Origin: an uncultured bacterium
GTDB lineage: Bacteria > Acidobacteriota > HRBIN11 > JAKEFK01
Length of the DNA: 64,000 nucleotides
Reading direction: 5' to 3'
NCBI GenBank assembly: GCA_963777505.1
Contig: CAVZQN010000011.1
Location: forward strand, 32,001 to 96,000
Under the pieces are notes generated by a model. The model did not search any database. It had not been told where the DNA came from and worked only from the letters and a program-made list of their open reading frames with translations. Positions 10,427-18,836 of this stretch are shown here, piece after piece (the first letter of the stretch is position 1; every line of letters begins with the position of its first letter). Made by a program: the position numbers and the translations under genes.

Positions 10427-11616
10427 AAAATTTCCTCCCGTAATGTTCCTGCAACCGGCAAACGAATCGCAGCAGCAGCCGGATATAATCCTGCGAAAAA
10501 TCCAGTGATCAAAAGTGTGGCGAGCGCTTGCAAGACTGATGAAGGTTCAAAAACGAAAAAAGAAAAATCAGCCGGCAATCCTGGTGCCGATTTCAAAACA
10601 GAATCCAGATAAATCGCAGCAATTTTTCCAAGAACAAACCCAAGCACCGCAGAAGCCAGAGAAGTGAGCACTCCTTCTAACAAAACAGTGGTGAAAATCG
10701 TTTTGTGGCTGATACCTATTGCTCGAAGCAAGGCAACTTCACCAATGCGATCGTGAAAGGAAATTGTTGTGATTATGAAAACAAGAACAAATGTGACAAC
10801 CAGACTGATGCCGCCAAGAATATATGAGAATTGACGGAAGTATGAGAGTTGTCCTTCTAAAGCTTCAACAACGCCCTGAAGTGTGTAAGCACTTACCTGT
10901 GGGAAGTGTTTATTAATATCTTCCGCAGCTTTTTGGGCAGTGCGCGGATCTTTTAGTTTAATCATCATGATTGAAACACCGTCCGTTGCATCAGATCCAA
11001 GTACTTTTTGAAGGAACGGTAATTCGCAAGCAATCGTATACTGACGATCCGCATCCAACTCAAACTCAATGATTCCAACGACCACGCCATCGATGGTTCG
11101 ACGGTTTCCCAACGGCTGTTCCTGGCTTCCAATCCAGAGTGGAAGTGTATCGCCTGGTTGGATGCCGAATGCATTCGAAAGGTTTCGATTTACAAGTATC
11201 TCGTTCGATCCAGGTTTAATGTTTTTTCCGCTGACAGTGCGATATAAAACTGATCGACGGCTATCAATTCCTGCTGCAAAACTTGTAAATACTTCACCTT
11301 TAAAACTCGAGTTAACGGTAGTTCCAAGCATCCCATCGATTGATTCAGCAGAAATAATTTTTCCAATCGAGGATCGCAATGCAGTGAAATTCGGAATTTG
11401 TGCTTCCGTTTCAAATGGCACAGTTCCTCGAGGGCTGATACGCAATTCCCATCCCATTTTGGTAAGCACTCGCAGCAGCGAAATTTTCAACCCGCCGGAC
11501 AACAAAATCATATCCAGAAGCAAAGCTGCTGTGATTGAAACTCCCAAAATGTAAAGAAGATTTCGACCAGGATGACGAATTAGATTTCTGAACGCCAGAT
11601 AGAATGCAAATTTCAC
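10423..11616 (-). CDS. FtsX/MacB-type ABC permease (complete)
   Basis: TM1, periplasmic domain, RIGEVALLRAIG, 3 C-terminal TMs, YPAAAA. GTG start overlaps the upstream stop. Confidence 0.9.
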   Translation of the reverse strand: MKFAFYLAFRNLIRHPGRNLLYILGVSITAALLLDMILLSGGLKISLLRVLTKMGWELRISPRGTVPFETEAQIPNFTALRSSIGKIISAESIDGMLGTTVNSSFKGEVFTSFAAGIDSRRSVLYRTVSGKNIKPGSNEILVNRNLSNAFGIQPGDTLPLWIGSQEQPLGNRRTIDGVVVGIIEFELDADRQYTIACELPFLQKVLGSDATDGVSIMMIKLKDPRTAQKAAEDINKHFPQVSAYTLQGVVEALEGQLSYFRQFSYILGGISLVVTFVLVFIITTISFHDRIGEVALLRAIGISHKTIFTTVLLEGVLTSLASAVLGFVLGKIAAIYLDSVLKSAPGLPADFSFFVFEPSSVLQALATLLITGFFAGLYPAAAAIRLPVAGTLREEIL

Positions 11617-12500
11617 CGGCCAAGCTCCTGAAGCACTGCCAGATGGCGCAGACGGAACCATGAAAAAGTGCCCGCAATGATGCCAAGAAGAAAAGAGATG
11701 AATACGGCACGGATCAAAATACCGGAAGTTACTTCTGCAAAAATGAGTGTCGTCTGGTAATAATTCTGGTAATAAAAATTGACAAGCTTAGCGGAGATCG
11801 CTCCCATGCCGGCTCCCAAAAGGCTTGCGAAAAATGCAAAAAAGACGGCTTCCAGCATCAACGCCTTCAAGATCGTTTGTTTGGAGATTCCTGTTACAGT
11901 AAGGACAGCCAGGTTTTTGCGCTGATCTTCTACGCGCATAACCATCAATGCAAAAATGAATACCGCACCAGCGGTCATCGCAATCAAAGCGATCGCTTCA
12001 TGAAATTTGCTCACCACGACGAAAGTTGTGCTGCTGCGGTCCGCGAGCTCTTGAGCAGAGTATGCAGTGAAGCCTATCGCATCGGCATTTAGCCTGGCCA
12101 CAAGGTTAGCTGCATCTGTATTTTTTTTGATTTGAATTGAAATCAGATCAAGTTGATCGGTCTTTCCTGAAAGTTCTTCAAGATCGGAAAGATGCATCTT
12201 TACAAAATTCCGCTTTAAAGGAACTAATGCTGGATCAGCGGGTTCATCGTAGATTGCAACAACTTTATATAGCTGTAGCTTTTTCATGTCGCCGGTTGCG
12301 GAGATTTCAACAATATCGCCGGCACTCAATTGAAGTTTCTCGGCCATTCTACGATTGACAAGAATTTCAGGTTGGCCTTCTGATAATGCAGGAAAGATGA
12401 AGAAAAGAACTGCAATTAGCAATTTGTACAGCTGGATCTTGAAGCATTTGTAACGCCGGCATCTTGCCGGCAAATTAATAAATAACTTCACAATATTCAA
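11613..12500 (-). CDS. FtsX-type permease C-terminal half with signal-like N-terminus (start uncertain, probably ~12430)
   Basis: LLIAVLFFIFPALS signal-like stretch, EILVN...GDIV periplasmic segment, QRKNLAVLTVTG and 3 TMs. Confidence 0.8.
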   Translation of the reverse strand: MNIVKLFINLPARCRRYKCFKIQLYKLLIAVLFFIFPALSEGQPEILVNRRMAEKLQLSAGDIVEISATGDMKKLQLYKVVAIYDEPADPALVPLKRNFVKMHLSDLEELSGKTDQLDLISIQIKKNTDAANLVARLNADAIGFTAYSAQELADRSSTTFVVVSKFHEAIALIAMTAGAVFIFALMVMRVEDQRKNLAVLTVTGISKQTILKALMLEAVFFAFFASLLGAGMGAISAKLVNFYYQNYYQTTLIFAEVTSGILIRAVFISFLLGIIAGTFSWFRLRHLAVLQELGR

Positions 12501-12536
12501 ATCGTAATAATATAGTGACTTTATATTTCTCGAGCT

Positions 12537-13679
12537 ATGTCAATCTTCTGGTACGTTCTGACGCTTTTTCTATTCATCGAAGGGATCATCACAACACTGA
12601 CTGCACTCCGATTCAGGAAATTCTTCCTGAGTCGTCTGAGTCACATCCCTGAAGATCTAAAAGAATTTCCAAGGGTTGGGTTGCTTGTCCCTTGCAAAGG
12701 TCTTGATGCGAATTTGAAGGTGAATGCTCAATCATGGCTCAATCAAAATTATCCAAACTATGAAGTCTTCGTTGTTGTTGAGTCTTCAACGGACCCGGCA
12801 GTCACAATCTTGAACGAACTTGGTTTCAAAGTTTTTGTGGCAGGCAAAGCTAAAGATTGTGGTCAAAAGGTTCATAACTTGCGTTATTTAATTGAACATC
12901 TTCCTGAAGAAGTCCAGGTTTTTGTCTTTGCCGATTCCGATGGAAGACTTCAGTCGGATTGGCTAGGATCCTTGATTCATGAATTGCTTCTGCATCGAGA
13001 AGATTCTGTAACCGGTTATCGCTGGTTTTTGCCCGGCGGCTCTCTATTTTCGCATTTCAGGGCCGTTTGGAATTCTGCAGTTTTAACACTGTTTAGCGAA
13101 TCCGGAAAAGGAAATTTTGCATGGGGTGGGGCTACCGCACTTTTTAGAAAGACTTTTTATGAAACGGATGTTCTTTCGCATTGGAATGGATCTTTGAGTG
13201 ACGATTTGAGTTTAACGCGTGCAATGTATTCTGCAGGTAAAAGAATCCATTTTGCTCCAAAAGCGATGGCGATCAGTGAAGATAATATTACTGCGAAGGA
13301 ATTTGTGTCCTGGATCGCACGACAATTGTTGATCACAAAGCTGTATCATCCAAAGCTTTGGGCAGCTACTTTTGCATATCATTTGATGTGGTTGAGCTGG
13401 ATGATTGTTGGCATCATTCTGATGCCATTTCAATTCGTTGCTGTTTTTTTGCTTCTGCAAGTGATTCAAGGTGTGAAAGCTGAAATAAGACTCGATTGTA
13501 TGAGGCGAATGCTTAAGAGTTCGCCTGGATCAAGGATTGCTGCCTGGTTGCTCAGCCCTGTGATCGGTTTGATTAACACTGCTGTGCTGATATCAAATTT
13601 GTTTTCGCGAACAGTTTCCTGGAGAGGAGTAGGCTATCGTGTAGAGGGGCCTAATAAGCTCACAATCTTGTGGCAATAG
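12537..13679 (+). CDS. GT2 membrane glycosyltransferase (ceramide glucosyltransferase/HpnI-like)
   Basis: N-terminal TM, PCKG, FADSD, WGGA, SDD, RQ motif, WRG near C-terminus. Confidence 0.8.
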   Translation: MSIFWYVLTLFLFIEGIITTLTALRFRKFFLSRLSHIPEDLKEFPRVGLLVPCKGLDANLKVNAQSWLNQNYPNYEVFVVVESSTDPAVTILNELGFKVFVAGKAKDCGQKVHNLRYLIEHLPEEVQVFVFADSDGRLQSDWLGSLIHELLLHREDSVTGYRWFLPGGSLFSHFRAVWNSAVLTLFSESGKGNFAWGGATALFRKTFYETDVLSHWNGSLSDDLSLTRAMYSAGKRIHFAPKAMAISEDNITAKEFVSWIARQLLITKLYHPKLWAATFAYHLMWLSWMIVGIILMPFQFVAVFLLLQVIQGVKAEIRLDCMRRMLKSSPGSRIAAWLLSPVIGLINTAVLISNLFSRTVSWRGVGYRVEGPNKLTILWQ

Positions 13680-13690
13680 TTCTCGATGTG

Positions 13691-13740
13691 GTAGGGGCGG
13701 CTCTTGTGGCCGCCCGGGAGACCACAAGGGTCTCCCCTAC
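13691..13740. repeat. GTAG-type REP doublet
   Basis: GTAGGGGCGGCTCTTGTGGCCGCCC ... ACCACAAGGGTCTCCCCTAC. Confidence 0.8.
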
Positions 13741-13797
13741 GGTGTAATGATGTAATATAATCTGACGCGAAAATATAAGACTGAAGGGGTGTCAATA

Positions 13798-13962
13798 ATG
13801 GCTCGAATTCTAGCGAAAATTGGAGAAATTCGTGAGAAAACAGCGGCAGCAATGGAAGATGTTCCGGATACTCTAATTGGTACAATTATTTTTCTAACGG
13901 TTTTGACTCTGATCGCGCTCGGCATTTTGATGTTCCTTGGATACATGGCTACAAAGCCCTAA
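13798..13962 (+). CDS. Small single-TM protein (54 aa), missing from the ORF track
   Basis: GAAGGGG RBS; MARILAKIGEIREKTAAAMEDVPDTLIGTIIFLTVLTLIALGILMFLGYMATKP; stop lies 2 nt before the next ATG. Confidence 0.65.
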   Translation: MARILAKIGEIREKTAAAMEDVPDTLIGTIIFLTVLTLIALGILMFLGYMATKP

Positions 13963-13964
13963 AA

Positions 13965-14621
13965 ATGAATGAAGATGTAATAGCTATATTCCCACTGCCA
14001 AACGTTGTCTTTTTCCCACAGACCATCCTCCCATTACACATCTTTGAACCGCGATACTGCGAAATGATTCGCGAAACAATCGAAAACAAACAACTCATTG
14101 GTATGTTTTTGCTTCAGGAAGGCTGGCAAGAAGATTATTATGGCAATCCTCCTATTCATCCGATTGGCTGTGCTGGCGAAATGATTCACATTGAGGCTTT
14201 ACCAGAAGGGAAATATGACATTGTGCTGCGTGGATTGTACCGGGTGCGCCCCCTTGAAGTGGTTCAAGAATTTCCCTATCGAAGGGCCAGAGTTGAAGTA
14301 CTTTCCGAAACGATCGACGAAGAAGAGGATAAAGTGGAACAATTGAAGCAAAAATTATTCGGGACATTCCAGAAACTTGCTTCTTTTGCTTCTCCCGACA
14401 TTCAACTTCCTGATTTGGAGAATTCCACGTGTGTTGAAATTGTGAACCAGATTTCGACCGATTTACCGATGGATCTCGAAGCGCGATACGAGCTACTTCG
14501 AATTGATGATGTATATGTTCGAGGAGAATTGGTCTACAACTTATTGAAAAAGCGCATTTCCGCCATGGATTGGACCTCCAGATTTTCCCACCTTCGCCCC
14601 GAAGATCCCAATAAGAATTGA
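13965..14621 (+). CDS. LON peptidase substrate-binding (N-terminal) domain protein
   Basis: IFPLPNVVFFP..LPLHIFEPRY. Confidence 0.88.
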   Translation: MNEDVIAIFPLPNVVFFPQTILPLHIFEPRYCEMIRETIENKQLIGMFLLQEGWQEDYYGNPPIHPIGCAGEMIHIEALPEGKYDIVLRGLYRVRPLEVVQEFPYRRARVEVLSETIDEEEDKVEQLKQKLFGTFQKLASFASPDIQLPDLENSTCVEIVNQISTDLPMDLEARYELLRIDDVYVRGELVYNLLKKRISAMDWTSRFSHLRPEDPNKN

Positions 14622-14694
14622 AGATAGAGGATAGAAGATAGAGGATAGAGGAGCTCGCTATCTTCCATTCTCCATCCTCTATCCTCTCCTCCTC
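14620..14694. repeat. Inverted heptamer tandem repeat (GARGATA)n
   Basis: GAAGATAGAGGATAGAAGATAGAGGATAG followed by imperfect complement CTATCTTCCATTCTCCATCCTCTATCCTC. Confidence 0.7.
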
Positions 14695-14743
14695 CGCTAA
14701 GTCTTTTTTTCTCGTCGGGCGTTCCTATTTATGAAAGGAATGT

Positions 14744-14771
14744 GGAACAACAAGGGCAGACTGGTGTCTAA
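14744..14771 (+). promoter_or_regulatory. ECF (RpoE-type) promoter
   Basis: GGAAC-N17-GTCTAA immediately upstream of the ECF sigma gene. Confidence 0.65.
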
Positions 14772-14789
14772 TAAAGGTGGGGTAAAGGA

Positions 14790-15401
14790 ATGAGCAAGGC
14801 TGCGGCATTACCACTTCTCGCTCCTGAAGTTGCAGTAGACGCAACTTCTGCTGAGATGCAGGCTCGTTTCATTCTGGATCTTCAATCCGGCGATGAACGA
14901 GCATTTGAGCGTCTTGTTGCAGAATTTGAGCGTCCGATCGTTCGTTTTCTTTATCGCTATCTTGGCAATACTGAAGAAGCGAAAGAAGTTTGTCAGGATG
15001 TTTTCATAAAAATCTTCCGTGGCATCGGAAATTTTCAGAATCAGTGCTCTTTGAAAACATGGATTTACAGAATCACGTTGAATACTGTTCTGAATGAAAA
15101 ACGGAAATGGTATCAAAGATTTAAGGATCATTTTTTAGGTTTAGATGGGATCTCGCATACATATGCTGATTCAACGCCAGATCCTGAATTGTCGCTTACA
15201 TTGAATGAGCAAAGCCGGACAATTGGAATTGCTATGCGCAAATTGCGGCCGGATCATAGAGCAATTTTAGTATTAAGGGATCTTGAGGGATTTAGTTATC
15301 AGGAGATCGCAGAGAGTTTGAATCTGGCGCTTGGAACCGTGAAATCGCGGCTTGCAAGAGCGCGGCAGGAGATGAAAGATGCATTACAACAATATGTCTG
15401 A
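14790..15401 (+). CDS. ECF RNA polymerase sigma factor
   Basis: EVCQDVFIK, TWIYRI, LRDLEGFSYQEIA, GTVKSRLARAR. Confidence 0.93.
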   Translation: MSKAAALPLLAPEVAVDATSAEMQARFILDLQSGDERAFERLVAEFERPIVRFLYRYLGNTEEAKEVCQDVFIKIFRGIGNFQNQCSLKTWIYRITLNTVLNEKRKWYQRFKDHFLGLDGISHTYADSTPDPELSLTLNEQSRTIGIAMRKLRPDHRAILVLRDLEGFSYQEIAESLNLALGTVKSRLARARQEMKDALQQYV

Positions 15402-15801
15402 GTGCAACTCAGTGCGTAAGCGCTTATCAGAATATATTGATGCTGAATTATCGCAGGAACAACGTTTACGCGTAATGAACCATCTAAGTTCATGCGAACC
15501 CTGCAGCAAGGAACTCGATTTTCTTTGCAAAAGCATTTCACTCTTTTCTCAATATGATTCTGAGCAGATGCCTGAAGCAATCAGGACATTTCATTTACCT
15601 CGATCTGCTTTTGTTGAAGTTTTTCCAAGCATTCGTGAAGAAAAACCAACAATCACATCAGGCATTTTAGTCCCGTATCTTTCAGCCTGTGTTCTGTTCT
15701 TCGTGATCCTCACCGCTACAATTACATTTCAACACCATTTTCTGCCTTCTGCTGAACCCCAATACAACGCGTCTAACTTCGTTCAAGTGTTCGGGGAATA
15801 A
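15394..15801 (+). CDS. Zinc-finger (zf-HC2) anti-sigma factor
   Basis: LSEYIDAEL...HLSSCEPC (HxxxCxxC) plus TM. Overlaps the sigma stop. Confidence 0.85.
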   Translation: MSECNSVRKRLSEYIDAELSQEQRLRVMNHLSSCEPCSKELDFLCKSISLFSQYDSEQMPEAIRTFHLPRSAFVEVFPSIREEKPTITSGILVPYLSACVLFFVILTATITFQHHFLPSAEPQYNASNFVQVFGE

Positions 15802-15802
15802 C

Positions 15803-15852
15803 GGAGCGCAGGCATCCTTGCCTGCATTATGGGCCGCGGACTTCCAGTCCGC
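15803..15852. repeat. REP-like palindromes, GCGGAC/GCAGGC family
   Basis: GGAGCGCAGGCATCCTTGCCTGC and GCCGCGGACTTCCAGTCCGC. Confidence 0.65.
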
Positions 15853-16121
15853 AATTCGGAAAGATTTTTTAAACGCCGAGTACGCAGAATCTTTATTAAT
15901 CTTTTTAGTTTTTTTGCATTTACGCGATGTTTGAAGACGGGCTAACTAGAAACTTTCCAATGTTGCTCATATACAATCAAATAGCACGCGAATTTCTGGT
16001 CGTGTGGAGCTACAACTATGCTGCAGTTGATGGCGCAACGGAAATTCATGGACGGCGTATCAAAGCGGTTCCAACTGGCACTTGTCAATGACTCCGACCG
16101 CAGAGGACGCTGAGGTTTATT

Positions 16122-16361
16122 TCAACTTCTTTGAATAATACGGTTCAGCTTCTGCTCATCGACGCGATGTTTGAAGATCTTGCGCTCATTCAGGAAAACT
16201 ACAGGAATATCGTTGCAATATTCTGCAAATAATTCAGGATCGGTTTCAATATTTACAATCTGAATTTCTGCTTGAAGATCTTTCGTCGCTTTCAGAATTA
16301 CCTCTTTCGCTTCATCACACAGGTGGCATCCAGGTTTCGATAAGATTTTGAATTGCAGCAC
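16122..16361 (-). CDS. Glutaredoxin-like protein
   Basis: SKPGCHLCD, IPVV. Confidence 0.85.
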   Translation of the reverse strand: MLQFKILSKPGCHLCDEAKEVILKATKDLQAEIQIVNIETDPELFAEYCNDIPVVFLNERKIFKHRVDEQKLNRIIQRS

Positions 16362-16373
16362 AAATTTGCTCCG

Positions 16374-16826
16374 TTAGGATTCAGGCGATTCTACTGGCGG
16401 CCATGATCGTTTGCTGTCATCCATAGGGCTCTCCAACCCGATATGATTGCCTTCAGGGTCAGCCACGATGGCATAACGCGACCCCCAAAATGCATCATAA
16501 GGTTGTTGCAAGCCTGTAAAACCTGCATTGATCAGTCTTGTGTAGGTCTCATCGACTTCGTCTCTGGAAGGAAGAAAAGCGGTGAGCAAAACAGAACTTT
16601 TGTGTGAATCTTTTCGCCATGCAGCATTGTAAATACGCGCCAATGACTCATTATCAATTGCGAATTGCGAACCCTCAGGATTTTCGGCTGGCGCATGCAA
16701 ACATCCTGGGGGCTGAGTTTTTGGTTCGGGAATATCAAGCCCTAGGAGCCGATAAAATTTGAGTGTCTCATTGAAGTTCTTTGCAACGATGTTAATTTTT
16801 GCGAGCACAGGTTTTTTATTCATCAC
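16374..16826 (-). CDS. VOC/glyoxalase family protein
   Basis: FYRLLG, PYDAFWGSRYA..DPEGN. Confidence 0.88.
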   Translation of the reverse strand: MMNKKPVLAKINIVAKNFNETLKFYRLLGLDIPEPKTQPPGCLHAPAENPEGSQFAIDNESLARIYNAAWRKDSHKSSVLLTAFLPSRDEVDETYTRLINAGFTGLQQPYDAFWGSRYAIVADPEGNHIGLESPMDDSKRSWPPVESPES

Positions 16827-17602
16827 ACAGATTTGCCTAGGACTTGTTGAAGCTTGTCGCGGTAGCTGCGGCTCAACATCAGTTGAGTACCGTCTTTTAG
16901 AATGATGCGATATTCTCCATGAAACCAGGGTTGAAGTTCATGAATGCGATCAAGATTGACAATAGTCGATCGGTGAACTCGTAAAAACTTTTTGGCATTT
17001 AGCTGCGTTTCAAGAGAGCTGATCGGTTCGCGCAAAAGATGAGATTCTTTTCCAACGTGAATTCGGACGTAATTTCCTTCCGCTTCAACCCAGTCAATAT
17101 CAACCGTTTTCAAAAAATGGATCCGTCCCGTATTTTTGATTACAAGACGGTCGACATATCGATTGGATTCTTGCAATTCATCGAGAAGTGCAAGAATGCC
17201 CGCATTCACCTGGTTATTCTGATCGCGACGAACCTGCGATTTCGCACGCTTTAATGCCGTTCCGAATCTCTCCCGATCAAACGGCTTGAGAAGGTAATCC
17301 AGCGCATAAACTTCAAATGCTTTCAAAGCATATTGATCATGTGCAGTAACAAAAATGACATGTGGAAGCTTTTCTTGTGGGATTGCTTTTAAAACATCAA
17401 AGCCATCCATCTGAGGCATTTGTATGTCAAGAAATAGAAGATCAGGAGTTAATTTTTCTATTGCTGTAACTGCTTTGGATCCGGAAGCACATTCAGCAAC
17501 AACTTCGATTGAAGAATCATCTTTGAGCATGTCGCGGATTTTTTCACGCGCAAGCGGTTCATCATCAACAATGATTACTTTAATTCGCGGTAGAGCATTC
17601 AT
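16823..17602 (-). CDS. LytTR-family response regulator
   Basis: Receiver (LDIQMP) plus LytTR domain FLRVHRSTIVN. Confidence 0.95.
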   Translation of the reverse strand: MNALPRIKVIIVDDEPLAREKIRDMLKDDSSIEVVAECASGSKAVTAIEKLTPDLLFLDIQMPQMDGFDVLKAIPQEKLPHVIFVTAHDQYALKAFEVYALDYLLKPFDRERFGTALKRAKSQVRRDQNNQVNAGILALLDELQESNRYVDRLVIKNTGRIHFLKTVDIDWVEAEGNYVRIHVGKESHLLREPISSLETQLNAKKFLRVHRSTIVNLDRIHELQPWFHGEYRIILKDGTQLMLSRSYRDKLQQVLGKSV

Positions 17603-18759
17603 ACTGATATCCTGGTCGCAGCAAGTTCTATCTGCAACGGAATTCTAAGTCTAACTTCCAGTCCACCACCAGTGGCATCTGCAAGTTCAAATTTGTATCG
17701 AGTACCATAAAGCTGATCCAATCTGGAGCGAGTATTCTTGAGACCAACCCCTTCTTTAATGTCAGCATCGCCATTGTTTTTTCTTGGCAAACCGGGTCCG
17801 TTATCACTGATGCGGACTTCAAGCCAACTGTCGTTTGAGTTGGCTGTAATTTCGATACGTCCAGCTTCGTTATGCGTTGCGATACCGTGACGGATTGCAT
17901 TTTCTACTACGGGCTGAAGAATTAAATTTGGAACCTTTGCCTGTGACACATCAGGATCAATATTGAATTCAACAGTCAGGCGATCTTGAAAGCGGATTCG
18001 CTCAATGTCTAAATAGCATTTCAAAAATTCTATCTCTTGTCCCATTGTTACTTCTTGTGTTCCGGCACTTCGCAATGTCAGCCTTAAAAAATCTCCCAGA
18101 CTCGCGATCATCTTATCGGCAGTGTCAGGGTTCTTTCGCAATAATGCTGAAATTGAATTCAATGTATTAAACAGGAAATGTGGATGCAACTGCATTTTCA
18201 ATGCCTGCAGTTGTGCTTGAGCCAGCTGAGTTTCAAGTTGCGAGGTGCGAATCGCTCCTTGCTGGTATCTTTGATAAAAATCTGCTGCATAAGCAAACGC
18301 AGCAAGCATTAAATAACTCCAGAGTCGGATCCCGAAGTTGAGTCGTGAAACCAACGTAAAGAAACTGTTCAGTGACTCTGAATGCTCCATCAAGTCTTTT
18401 TCCCGAAAAACTGCCAAAACAAGAAGATAAATCATGAGATGAACTAACGAAAATATGATGGCGCCTGGAATGTGAATAAGAACACCTTTGATCCAGCGTT
18501 CACGATCGAGAGGTACATGCTGAATAAATCGGAAAATCAGGGGAGCTAAAAGTCCCCAGATCATCCAGAAGGGAATTTGTTCGATGAATGAATCCTGCAA
18601 GGTAAGCGGGTAGCCTTTTTGATTGGCATAAATAAATCCTTGAACAGCAAACGTAACGCCAATTAGAAAACAAACTGCAAGAATTAAGCCCCAGCGGCTA
18701 AGCGAAAGTTTGCCCTTTGTATCAATCGAATTCATGGTTTTTAGTATAGCTTGATTCAA
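17599..18759 (-). CDS. LytS/YehU-family sensor histidine kinase
   Basis: TMs, QLHPHFLFNTLN, LQPVVENAIRHG, DNGPG, GVGLKN. Confidence 0.95.
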   Translation of the reverse strand: MNQAILKTMNSIDTKGKLSLSRWGLILAVCFLIGVTFAVQGFIYANQKGYPLTLQDSFIEQIPFWMIWGLLAPLIFRFIQHVPLDRERWIKGVLIHIPGAIIFSLVHLMIYLLVLAVFREKDLMEHSESLNSFFTLVSRLNFGIRLWSYLMLAAFAYAADFYQRYQQGAIRTSQLETQLAQAQLQALKMQLHPHFLFNTLNSISALLRKNPDTADKMIASLGDFLRLTLRSAGTQEVTMGQEIEFLKCYLDIERIRFQDRLTVEFNIDPDVSQAKVPNLILQPVVENAIRHGIATHNEAGRIEITANSNDSWLEVRISDNGPGLPRKNNGDADIKEGVGLKNTRSRLDQLYGTRYKFELADATGGGLEVRLRIPLQIELAATRISV

Positions 18760-18777
18760 ACTGCCTGGGGTTTAATA

Positions 18778-18806
18778 GGGACGAAGCGCTTGAATTATGG
18801 GACGAA
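18778..18806 (-). promoter_or_regulatory. Probable LytTR binding site
   Basis: GGGACGAA direct repeat with 21-bp period upstream of the LytS-LytTR operon. Confidence 0.6.
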
Positions 18807-18836
18807 TGTTAAACCGCAAAGGCGCGAAGAAATGCT

